A program made the position numbers and the translations under genes. A DNA stretch of 64,000 nt, from assembly GCA_963729975.1 (NCBI GenBank), contig CAVSPI010000002.1:998-64997 (forward strand), written 5' to 3'. The notes beneath the pieces are model-generated. The model searched no databases and was not told the DNA's origin. It saw only the letters and a list, made by a program, of their open reading frames with translations. Origin of the DNA: an uncultured Acidobacteriota bacterium (GTDB lineage: Bacteria > Acidobacteriota > Vicinamibacteria > Vicinamibacterales > UBA2999). Numbering within the stretch: position 1 is the first letter of the stretch; each line of letters begins with the position of its first letter. Positions 26,701 to 42,039 of this stretch are shown here, piece after piece.

Positions 26701-26867
26701 TCGGCCTCGGCGACGGCGGCGAGCTGCAGGCGCCGCTGGCCCGCGTCGTCATCGGCGGACTGCTCGCCTCGACGCTGGTGACGCTGGTGCTCGTCCCGGC
26801 GGTCTACACGCTGTTCGAGGAAGGTCTCAAGGGGCTGCGCAAGGGCGGCGCGCACGCGGCGCACTAG
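23739..26867 (+). CDS. Efflux RND transporter permease (AcrB/HAE1 family), multiply frameshifted
   Basis: [106 protein letters not shown], and a C-terminal [31 protein letters not shown]...GGLLASTLVTLVLVPAVY. Confidence 0.93.
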
Positions 26868-26913
26868 TCGCACGCCGCCGCGTCCGCGCCGGCGCGGCAG
26901 CGTTCACGCAACA

Positions 26914-26945
26914 GGGCGGACTTCCCACACGGGGGTCCGCCCTTT
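26914..26945. terminator. Hairpin between convergent RND pump and folK genes
   Basis: GGGCGGAC (26914-26921), a 13-nt loop, GTCCGCCC (26935-26942), then TTT. Confidence 0.5.
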
Positions 26946-26956
26946 CGCGTACGGCG

Positions 26957-27435
26957 TCACTGGCCGCGGTGAGGTCGAGATCGGCGAGCAGGGCCGCGAC
27001 CGTCCGGCCGCTGACCGGATCGATCCAGTCGCCCGCGACCTCGGCCAGCGGCGCCAGCACGAAGCGGCGCTCGCGAAAGCGCGGGTGCGGCACGATCAGG
27101 CCCGGTGGCTCGTCGATCACGCTGTCGCCGTAGAGGATCAGGTCGAGATCGACGGTCCGCGCCGCCCCCGGGATACGGGCGCTCGCGCCCGAGCCGGGCC
27201 TCGATCGGCCAGCATCTGCTGCGAGCAGCTCGCGCGGCCGACAGCGTGGTCTGCCCGACGGCGGCGGCGTTCAGGAAGCGCGGCTGCTCACCGACGCCGA
27301 CCGGCTCGGTCTCGTGGAACGACGACACGCGCAGGCTGGAGATGGACGGCGGACAGCGCCGTCGAGCGCGCTGTCGCAGGTAGCGCTCGCGCTCGCCGAG
27401 GTTGCTGCCGAGCGCGATGGCGACGGGAGGGCACG
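26957..27435 (-). CDS. folK: 2-amino-4-hydroxy-6-hydroxymethyldihydropteridine diphosphokinase, frameshifted; ends approximate
   Basis: VAIALGSNLGERERYL, SSFHETEPVGVGEQPRFLNAAAVGQT, DLDLILYGDSVIDEPPGLIVPHPRFRERRFVLAPLAEVAGDW. Confidence 0.8.
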
Positions 27436-27485
27436 GAAGGCTGTCGACTGCCGCGTCGCTGGCGTAGCGCGCCGGGTGCCGGCTG

Positions 27486-27996
27486 CTACTCCATCCAGCG
27501 CGACGGCAGCACGGCGCCCTGGCGCTCGACACCCGCGGAGCGCCGGCCGAGCAGGTCCTCGAAGCCGGCGGCGGCCTGCTCGAACAGGCGCTTGTGCTCC
27601 ATCGACTCGCCGAGCGACGACGTTGAGCATCGTCCGGTGGCGGGCCTGCGTCAGCTCGTTCGACCGCGCTGGCGCCAGCGCTGCGACGAAGGCGCCGAGG
27701 TGGCGGGCGTCGTCCTCGAGGATGCCGCGGAACGACGCCGGGTTCGAGCTTCTTGCCGCCGGTCACCTCGGGCACCGAGAGCGTCTGCGACGGCGCCGGC
27801 AGCGGCGCCTCGAACTCGGCGAGCGCGTTCTGCAGCCAGGTCGAGGTGCGTCTCTTCGCGGTTGATGACGTACTGATAGGTGTTGTTGAAGTCGTAGTGG
27901 CTGACGACGCGGGCGCCGGCTTCGTGGCGCTACAGCAGCGTCAGCCGTTCGGCGGCGAAATTCGGTCAGGAACTTCTGCAGCTCGGCCTGCTTCAC
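27486..27996 (-). CDS. Hypothetical protein (~170 aa), frameshifted, with an in-frame TAG at 27930
   Basis: GTG start 6 nt after the dksA-like stop. Reconstructed sequence: MKQAELQKFL..AAERLTLL*RHEAGARVVSHYDFNNTYQYVINREETHL..LQNALAEFEAPLP...MEHKRLFEQAAAGFEDLLGRR...LPSRWME. I recognise no family. Confidence 0.4.
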
Positions 27997-28001
27997 GTTG
28001 G

Positions 28002-28340
28002 CTATGCCTTCTGCTTTTCCTTGCAGCTGATGCAGACGCGCGTCCACGGAATCGCGTTCAGCCGCGCCTCGGCGATCGGCTCACCGCAGTCGCGGCAGAT
28101 GCCGTAGGTCCCGTCGTCGATGCGGCGGAGCGCCTCCTCGATGGCCTGCAGGATCTTGGCGTCGGTCTGCTTCAGTTTGAGCTGGATGTGGACTTCGTTG
28201 GTGCCGCTGGCCTGGTCGGCCATGTCGCCCTGGCGGCCGGAGTTGTTCTCCATCGTCCACTGCAGCGGCTTGGCGGCCGTGCCGCCGAGCAGCTCGCCCT
28301 GCTTTCGGAGCAGCGCCTCTCTGAAGTTCGCCATGTCCAT
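28002..28340 (-). CDS. DksA/TraR family C4-type zinc finger protein
   Basis: Intact 112-aa ORF. It has a coiled-coil region and CRDCGEPIAEARLNAIPWTRVCISC. Confidence 0.85.
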   Translation of the reverse strand: MDMANFREALLRKQGELLGGTAAKPLQWTMENNSGRQGDMADQASGTNEVHIQLKLKQTDAKILQAIEEALRRIDDGTYGICRDCGEPIAEARLNAIPWTRVCISCKEKQKA

Positions 28341-28398
28341 CTGGCCAACGCTCCCTGAGCTGTGCGAAAGGCGATGTTAGCACGACCGTCGGCGTCCT

Positions 28399-30996
28399 CT
28401 ACTCGGCCCGCAGCGTCGCCAGCGGCTTGTGCCGGAGCACGTCGAGGCTGGCCAGGACGCCGATCGCGGCGACGAACACGGTGGTCAGACGATGCCCGCA
28501 AGGGTGATGAGCGGGGTCGCGTCCCACGTCAGTTCGAGCGCGTAGCGCGCGACGGCCCAGCTCAGGCCGATGGCGCCGAGCGCGCCGACGGTGCCGGCGA
28601 TCGCCCCGAGCACGCCGTACTCGAGCACCAGCATCGTGGCGATCAGCCGGCTGCTGGCGCCGAGCGTCTTGAGGATGGCCGCTTCGTAGACGCGCCGGAA
28701 CTTGGTCATCGACACCGCGCCGACGAGGATCAGCGCGCCGCTGAACAGCACCAGCGCGCCGACCACGGTGACCGCCAGCGTGACGTTGTTGACGATGCCC
28801 TGAATCGTCTGCAGGACTTCGCGCAGGTCGATGACCGAGACGTTCGGAAACTGCGCCACCAGCGCCTGCCTGCAGCCGCGCCCGCGACGTCCGGGTCGGC
28901 CGGTCCCTGCAGCGACGAGATGAACGTGTGCGGCGCGTCGTCGAAGGTGCCCGGCCGGAACACGAACATGAAACCGCCGGCGCGGAAGTCCTGCCAGTCG
29001 ACCTCGCGCACGCTGCTCGACACGCGCGCGGTGATGATGCGGCCGAGCACGTCGAAGCGCATCTGGTCGCCGACCTGAGCCGGTGACGCGCGCGTCGCAT
29101 CGCGGTCGTCGCCGCGCTCGAGGAAGGCCTCCTCGATCGAGACTTCGGCATCCGCTTCGCGCGCTCGACCGGCGTCGCTGCCCACCACTGCCCCGCCACG
29201 AGCGTCTCGTTGGCTTCGAGCTGCGGCCGATAGGTGACGGTGAACTCGCGCGAGATGCCGCCGCGGCCGCGGACCTCCTCGTAGTTCTCGAGGTCGACGT
29301 CGCGGCCCTTGACGCCGACGACGCGCGCCCGCAGCACCGGAATCAGCTTCGGGCGCCGGCGCGTCGCCGTTCTCGTCGGTCGACGTAGCGCGGCGACAGC
29401 GCGTCGCGCTGATCCGGCTGGATGTCGATGAGGAACATGTCGGGCGCATCGGTCGCCGGTCTGGACCGAGAAGTCGCGCAGCAGGTTGGCCTGCAGCGAC
29501 TGCACGCCGAGGATGAAGAAGGTGCCGAGGCCGACGGCGAGCAGGATGACGCGCGTCTGGTTGCCCGGCCGCGCGATGTGCAGCACGGCCTGGCGCAGCG
29601 CGAACGAGCGCGCGTAGCGCAGCGGCTGCACGGCGCGCACCAGCGCCAGCCCGGCCAGGTGCAGGACGAAGGCGACGCGCGACGAATCCGCCGACAGCAG
29701 CAGGCCGACGCGCACCGAGCCCGCCTGCCACGCCGCCACGCCGACCAGCGCCGCGGCCACGACCGCTGCCGTCACGCGCCCACTTGAGCCAGTCGATGCT
29801 GCCGCCCGGCGGGCACGTCCTGCCGCAGCAGCAGCGACGGCTTGACGTGCCGCACTTCGAGCAGCGGCACCACCGAGAACAGCAGCGAGACCAGCAGCCC
29901 GACCGCCAGCCCCTGGCTCACCGCGGCCGCGGTCAGCCCGTAGTCGACCTGGAACAGCTCGGGCATCTCGCCGATCGAACGACGGCACCACCGCGATCAC
30001 GACGCCGGCCAGCGCCACGCCGAGCACGCTGCCGGCCAGGCCGAGCAGCAGCACCTGCGTCATGTAGATCGCCGAGCACCTGCGGCGAGGTGCCGCCGAT
30101 GCACTTCAGGATGGCGATGCTGCGCGACCTTCTGCTGCACGAAGACGCGGGTGACGCTCGACACGCCGATGCCGCCGAGAATCAGGACGACGAGGCCGAC
30201 CAGGCTGAGATAGTTCTCGGCGCGCGTCAGGTTCTCGCCGATGTGGTCCTCGCTTGCGCGGTAGCGAGCGGACGCGCACGAACTCGTTGCCGAACGCCTC
30301 GCGCAGGTCGGCTGACAGCGGCTCGAGCGCGGCATCGGGCACCCGCAGCAGCATCTGTCGCGACGAGCGGCTGCCGAACGACAGCAGGCCGGTGGAGTCG
30401 AGGTCGGCGTGATCGATGAAGACGCGCGGGCCGAGCGTGAACGCGCCCATGCGGCGGCCCGGCTCGGCGGTCGATGACGCCGCGGATCTCGAACGCCTGC
30501 GTGCCGATCAGCACCTGGTCGCCGACCGCGAGATTGAGCTGCGCCAGCAGTTCCGGCCGCACGAGCACGCCGTGGCCCTGCAGCAGCGCGTGCGAGTAGC
30601 GTCCGTCGCGCAGCGTCAGCTGCCGTAGAGCGGGAACGCGCCTTCGACCGCGCGCAGCTCGACCATCTTGGTGCACCGGTCGCGACGGGTCGACCGGCCG
30701 CACCATCGTCGACGACTTCGACCGCCTCGGACTGCTCGGCGATGCGGCCGGCGCGCCTGCTCGCGCGCGAGCGTCTCGCGCACCTTCGGCTCCACGGCAC
30801 GATTGCCGGTGACCGGGACGTCGGACGCCAGCATGCGCGCGCGCTTCGCGCGAGATCGGCGACGCGCGACGCTCTGGATCACCGAGCGCAGCGCGACGAT
30901 CGAGCCGACGCCGATGGCGATGCAGACGAAGAAGAACAGCAGCCGCTGCCACGACGCGCGGATCTCGCGCAGCGCCATGCGCATGACGAAGGTCAT
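28399..30996 (-). CDS. ABC transporter permease with two FtsX-type domains (YbbP/MacB-like), multiply frameshifted
   Basis: [38 protein letters not shown] at the N-terminus. The intact C-terminal FtsX domain is in ORF 28485..28859 ([41 protein letters not shown]...). The central TM block is in ORF 28399..30063. Confidence 0.8.
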
Positions 30997-31677
30997 CTCA
31001 GCGCCTCCGCGGCGCCGCGACCGGCCGGCCGTCGCGCAGCGACGAGGCGGTGATCGGCCAGCGCCGCGAGCTCGCTGTCGTGCGTCACCAGGATCAGCGT
31101 CGGTCTTGCGCGTGCGGTGCACGCCGAGCAGCAGGTCCAGGATGTCGCGGCCGGTCGTCGAGTCGAGGTTGCCGGTCGGTTCGTCGGCCAGCAGGATCGG
31201 CGGGTCGTTGGCCAGCGCGCGGGCGATCGCGATGCGCTGCTGCTCGCCGCCCGACAGCTGCGACGGATAGTGATGGCCGCGGTCCGACGAGCCCGACCTC
31301 GTCGAGCAGCTGCTTGGCCGCGGGCACGGCGTCGCGGCGGCCGCGCGATCTCCATCGGCACCAGGATGTTCTCGAAGCGCGGTCAGCGACGGCACCAGGT
31401 GGAAGAACTGGAAGACGAAGCCGATCTTCTCGCCGCGCAGCCGCGCCAGCGCGTCCTCGCTCAGCGTCGTGATGTCGACGCCGTCGACGACGATCGAGCC
31501 GGTGGTCGGCGCGTCGAGGCCGGCGAGCAGGCCGAGCAGCGTCGACTTGCCGCTGCCCGACGGGCCGACGATGGCGACGAACTGCCCGGACGGAATGGTG
31601 AGGTCGAGCGGATGCAGAATCGTGAGCGGGCGGTCACCGCTCGTGACCGTCTTGGAGACGCCGCGCAGCTCGATCAT
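30993..31677 (-). CDS. ABC transporter ATP-binding protein (YbbA/LolD-like), frameshifted
   Basis: [11 protein letters not shown], Walker [27 protein letters not shown], Walker [13 protein letters not shown]. Its stop overlaps the permease ATG (ATGA). Confidence 0.88.
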
Positions 31678-32441
31678 CGGTCCTGCTTCTCGAGCAGCGG
31701 TTCGAGCGCCTTCCAGATCGTGCGCTCGACGATGCGCGCGCCTTCCGGGTTGGGATGGATGCCGTCGGAGATGTTGAGCGCCGGATTGCCGGCGACGCCT
31801 TCGAGATAGAACGGGCACGAACACGACGTCGTGGTCGCTGCGCCAGGTCGCGGAACACCTGGCGGAACTCGGTGGTGTAGGCCGCGCCGTAGTTGGGCGG
31901 CGCCTCCATGCCGGTGAGAATCACCCGGATGCGACGGCGCGCGCGCGCTCGTGATGATGCGCGTCAGGTTGTTCTTCAACGGCGGCGATCGGCAAGCCGC
32001 GCAGCCCGTCGTTGGCGCCGAGCTCGACGACGAGGACGCGCACGTCGCCTTCGAGCGACCAGTCGAGACGGCTCAGGCCGCCGGCCGACGTGTCGCCCGA
32101 GACGCCGGCGTTGACGACCTCGTAGCTGTAGCCCGCCGAGTCGAGGCGCGCCTGGATCAGGGCCGGCACGGCCTGGCCGCGCTCGATGCCGTAACCGGCC
32201 GTGAGGCTGTCGCCGAGAAACACGATGCGCGGGCGTGCTGCCGCGACCGGCGCATTCGCGGGTGCCGAGCCACCGTCCCGGGCCGTCGGGGTCGCTGCGG
32301 CGTCCCCGTCGGCTCGAGCCGCATCGGTCGGCGCCTGCGCGGCTGCATCCCGCTGCGCTCCGTCGCAGTGGCATCGCTTCGCGAACAGGCAGTGCCGGCG
32401 ACCGCCAGCAGGAGCAGGACAACAGCGGGCAGTCTGTGCAT
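31674..32441 (-). CDS. SGNH/GDSL hydrolase (TesA-like arylesterase/lysophospholipase), frameshifted
   Basis: Signal peptide [19 protein letters not shown]. Block [12 protein letters not shown], block [13 protein letters not shown], block [10 protein letters not shown]. Its stop overlaps the ATPase ATG. Confidence 0.82.
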
Positions 32442-32475
32442 GGGCAAGCGAGTCATTATGTTATATGGTCGGGAC

Positions 32476-34179
32476 GTGAGCGAACGCGCCAACTCCTTCA
32501 GTATCGACGCCGGTCCGGCCACAACGACATACGCCGCAGCCCTCGATAAGACGTTACACGAGCCTGCAAAAGATTCGATTTGCCGACGGGCTCTGGGCCC
32601 GGCAGCTCGATCTGTGGAGCGCCGATCCGGCAGTCCGGCAGAAAGTCGCCAACCGGCTGGGTGGCTCGACGCCCTCGATTTCGTGACGCCGCAGATCCCC
32701 CGGCTGATCGCCTGCGCCGACGCCGTGCGCCGCGACGGCTTCACCGACGTGGTGCTGCTCGGCATGGGCGGATCGAGTCTGGCGCCGGAGGTGCTGCGCG
32801 AGGTGGTCGGCGTCGCGGCCGGATTCCCGCGCTTCCGCATGCTCGACTCGGTCGACCCCGACAGCGTACGCCGCGCCTTCGACACACCGGCCACGACGCT
32901 GTTCGTCTTCGCCAGCAAGTCGGGCGGGACCATCGAGCCGAACGTGATGGCCGCCGAGGCGCGCCGCCGGCTCCAGGCCGCCGGCATCGTCGACTGGGCC
33001 TCGCGCTTCATCGCCATCACCGACGAAGGCACGGCACTGCACAAGCGCGCACAGGACGAGCAGTTCCGCGACATCTTCGTCAACCCGTCGGACATCGGCG
33101 GCCGCTACTCGGCGCTGTCGTTCTTCGGCATGGTGCCGGCGGCGTTGATGGGCATCGACGTCGACCGGTCTGCTGCACGAGGCCGCGGCCGATGGCCGAC
33201 GTCTGCCGCGCGCCCGATCCGGCGGTCAACCCGGGACTGGCGCTCGGCGCGTTCATGGCGGCCGGCGCCCTCAACGGGCGCGACAAGCTGACGGTGCTGC
33301 TGCCGCCAGCCCTCGCGCCGCTCGGACTCTGGATCGAACAGCTCGTCGCCGAAAGCACCGGCAAGCTCGGAAAAGGTGTCGTGCCGATCGCCGGCGAGCG
33401 CGATGCGACGGCGTTCGGTGACGATCGCGTCGGGCGTGGCGGTCAGCCTCGCTGGTATCGGTCCGAGCCGACGCAGATCCGGGGACGCCTGCGTGCCACG
33501 CAGACACCGGTGATGGACATCCAGGTGCCATCGGCCATCTCCATCGGCGCCGAGTTCTTCCGCTGGGAAGTCGCGACGGCCGCGGCCGGACGCCTGCTCG
33601 AAATCAACCCGTTCGACGAACCCAACGTGCAGCAGGCCAAGGACGCCACCAGGGCGCTGCTCGACGCCTTCATCGCCGACCAGCGCCTGCCGATGCCGAA
33701 GGCCGACGCATCGGTGGATGGCGCGGACATGACCCTGAGCACGCGCGGCTGCGGACGAGCTCGGCGTGAACGTCGCCGGCTTTCTCACGCTGGTCAAGCA
33801 GGGCGACTACCTCAGCGTGCTGGCGTACCTGCCGCCAGACGATGCTCCGCTCGCGGCTGCGCTGGAACAGGTTCGCGCAGACATCGGGTCCGCCGCGCAG
33901 TGCGCCACCATGTTCGGCTACGGTCCCCGCTATCTGCATTCGACCGGTCAGCTGCACAAGGGCGGCGCCAATAACGGCGTCTTCGTCGTAGTCGTCGCTC
34001 CCGCGAGCGAAGACCTGGCGATCCCGGGCGAACCGTTCTCCTTCGGCACCCTCGAGCTGGCCCAGGGGCTCGGCGACTTCCAGTCGCTCGACCGGGCCGG
34101 CCGTCGTGCCTTGCTCCTGCGGCTGCCCTCCCGCGACCCTGGGCAGTTGCGCAAGGCGTTCGCCGCTTTACATCCTTAA
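32476..34179 (+). CDS. pgi: Glucose-6-phosphate isomerase, frameshifted
   Basis: VVLLGMGGSSLAPEV, LFVFASKSGGTIEPN, DIGGRYSALSFFG, INPFDEPNVQQAKD and GPRYLHSTGQLHKGG. The GTG start at 32476 is tentative. Confidence 0.85.
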
Positions 34180-34286
34180 ATGCCTTTGCGGCGGTTGTTG
34201 AGCGCTTCGACTGGCAATTTTTGCCACCATCCGCGACCGGCGCAGAAAATAGTCGCCTCGATGTAGGACAAACGCCTGTCAGGATC

Positions 34287-37284
<2,998 letters not shown>

Positions 37285-37476
37285 TAGCCACGTATACAGG
37301 CGACTGGGTAGCAAGTATTCACAATTTGCTCAGGCTCTCCCCTGCGCTGCACGCGAGATCGCCTCGTTTTTGCCGTGAGTTACCACCAGTGCACATCCAG
37401 GCGTGACACGAGCGACACGGGCCCTGACATTGATACGTGTTCGAGCCAGCAACCCGTTAAACGCAGGGAGTGTAGG

Positions 37477-37896
37477 GTGATTCAAACCTTCGTATCGTCC
37501 GCAGACCCCACGTATCGGCTCCATCACTCGTGTCGGTGATCGGCGCAAGGTCCGGCTCGCGGGCCGCCTGACGTGGCGCGACGCCAGCGGCACGCTCCGC
37601 TTCGTCTCGGTGATGACCCGCGACATCAGCGACGTCGACGCCTTCGTCGAGTGCCAGATGCCGGCGTCGATTCCGCTGTACCGGCTGGTGCACTTCCAGT
37701 TGGAGCGCGCCGACCGGCACTGCACGGATCTGCCATTGGCGCTGCAGCGCGGCAAGGTGCTCTCGGCGGTCTATCGCGTCGGCCCGTACAAGTCGGCCAC
37801 CGGCACACCCAGCGGCTACGCGCTGCGCCTGCTCGTCGAGCCGAAGCGCCGCGCTCCGGCGGCCTGCGCCCAGCTCGCGGCGGCCGCGTCAACTGA
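37477..37896 (+). CDS. PilZ domain protein (putative c-di-GMP receptor), frameshifted; 3-prime end uncertain
   Basis: AGGGAG SD then GTG at 37477. RxxxR motif in GDRRKVRLAGR. A DxSxxG-like motif in MTRDISDVDAFVECQ. Followed by PLYRLVHFQLE...LSAVYRVGP. Confidence 0.55.
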
Positions 37897-38063
37897 GCGC
37901 GGCACGGCCGTCGCGCGACGACCACGCAGCGGTAGCGCTGGGACGTCCGCGGCACGTCGCGCGGGCGACCTGGCGTCCGCCCTCGCGCCAGCAACGTCCG
38001 GGATGCGGCACGTCAGCGTCGCCGGGTGCGCGACCGTGGCAGGCGGTGGCCGACAGCATCGCG

Positions 38064-38977
38064 TCACGCGGCGCGTGTGCGCCAGTAGCGGGCCAGGCCG
38101 AGCCACAACAGCTCGAACGGCGCGGCCACCCCGTACGAGGCGAGCTGCGCGTCGGTCATGGTTCGCCGCACTCGCGCCTGAGCGCGTCCGCAAAGCGCCG
38201 GCTCTTCTCGTCGTCGGTGCCGGACTCGTCGAGCGACGCACGCACCAGGCGCGCCGTCGTGTGCAGGTTGTCGAGCAGCGTCTGCAGGTGGGCGCGCGGA
38301 GTGCTCACCGGACCGAAGTGCGTGAGGAAGAGCGTCTGCGGATCCCAGCGCTCGATGCGGCTCGACGCTCTCCCGCCAGCAGCTCCAGATCGATGTCAGG
38401 CGGCGGCGTCGGCGGCAGCACGTAGCCGCCGTCGATACAGCACGCCCGCGGTGTCGCCGACGAACGCCACGCCGCTCGACGCATCGAAGTAGCTGACGTG
38501 ATGCGACGCGTGGCCCGGCGTGTAGGCCACCTCCAAGCGGCGTCCGCCGGCCTCGACCTGCTCGCCCCCGCGCAGCGCCGTGATGTTGCCGGCCGGCACC
38601 GGCTCGAACTCGCCCCACAGTGCGTCCATGCGGTCGCCATAGAGGCGTCGCGCGCTGGCCAGCAGCTTCGCCGGATCGACCATGTGCGGCGCGCCGCGCT
38701 CGTGCACGAACACCTGCACGTGCGGATGCCGGCGCACGATGGTGCCGGTCGCCGCCGCGTGGTCGAGATGAATGTGCGTGAGCAGGATGTGCGTGACATC
38801 GCTGAGACGTCCGCCGAGCGCCTGCAGGCCGAGGTCGAGCGTGTCGAGGCAGGGGGTAGGGCCCGGGATCGACGAGCGCCAGCCCTCCCGGCCCGTGCAC
38901 CACGCCGGTCGCGATGGCGTGTGGACGGCCCAGAAACATCAGATCGACCCACGAGAGCCCGAGGCCAGCCGCGTCAT
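38064..38977 (-). CDS. MBL-fold metallo-hydrolase, frameshifted
   Basis: VDLMFLGRPHAIATGVV..GLALVDPGP, the HxHxDH motif in ILLTHIHLDHAAATG, intact ORF fragment 38396..38737, and a helical C-terminal extension. Confidence 0.8.
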
Positions 38978-39012
38978 CCTGAACCGCGGATTATACTGGT
39001 GGGTCGATTCCG

Positions 39013-41009
<1,997 letters not shown>

Positions 41010-41030
41010 TGACCCCCCGCGATCAGCATC

Positions 41031-42030
41031 ATGTCCGCGCCTGCGTCGGGCGGGCGGCGTGACATCGTCGGTGGCCGCCGCATCTTCGCCGTCTGTGCCG
41101 GTGTCGTGGCGCTGTCTCGCCGGCGCGACCTATCAGGGCGTGGCCACGGCCTTCGAGCGCCGCGAGTTCCCGCACCCCGGCCGCCTGATCGACATCGGCG
41201 GACATCAGCTGCACATCTACTGCACCGGCGACGGGTCGCCCACGGTCGATCCTCGAGGCGCCGGCGACCGGCATGTCGGCGGCGTGGGGCGCGATCCAGC
41301 CGGCGCGTGGCGACGAAGGCGCGCGTCTGCAGCTACGACCGCGCCGGTCTCGGGTGGAGCGAAGCCGGCGACGGCGCCTTCGAGCCGGACGCTGTCGCCG
41401 CAGCGAACTGCGCTACGCTGCTCGACCGCGCCGGCGAGCGCGGCCCGTTCGTCCTCGTCGGCGCACGAACTCGGCGCGGCGTTCGCGCGGCTGCTATGCC
41501 GCGACGTTTCCGACAGCGAGGCGGCGGCGCTGGTGCTGTCGACGAGCCGGCGACGAGCCGGCGCGGCGGCCGCCGGATCAGTGACGCCGGCGCGCGTCGC
41601 CCTGGCTGGCGCGACCGGTCTGCTTGCGCGGCGACACGGATGCTGGTCGCGCCGCGCCGAATCGGCTGCCGGCACCGGCGGGCGACGCGCTGCGCACGTT
41701 TCTCAACCGGCCCGATCATCTGACCCGCGCGGCCACGGAGATGGCTGCGCTGGCACGATGCCACGCGGTGAGGGCCGACGGCACGCCGCGTGCCGGGCGG
41801 TGACCGCCGTCCCGGCGCGACGGTCACGACCCGAGTGCGAACCGCGGTGCAGTCGCTGCAGCGTTCCGTCGACGCGGCGTCCGATGGTCGCCGCCGTCTC
41901 GCGCGCGTCGCGAAGACGATGCGCTGAGCCGGGCCGGTCGCTCTCGCCGAGCTGCGGCTCCAACGCAACACGACGCCGCTCGTCCCGCCAGCGCCGCCTT
42001 CCGGCGCCACGCTGGCGCCGGTGCATCCAG
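41031..42030 (+). CDS. Alpha/beta hydrolase fold protein, multiply frameshifted; end approximate
   Basis: [63 protein letters not shown]. It is a paralogue of 55984..57039. Confidence 0.6.
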
Positions 42031-42039
42031 CTCGAGCCG

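Noticed and set aside
34212-34226. TGGCAATTTTTGCCA as a sigma-54 promoter.
   Set aside because: The GG-to-GC spacing is two nucleotides too short for a -24/-12 promoter. It is kept only as a palindrome of unknown role.
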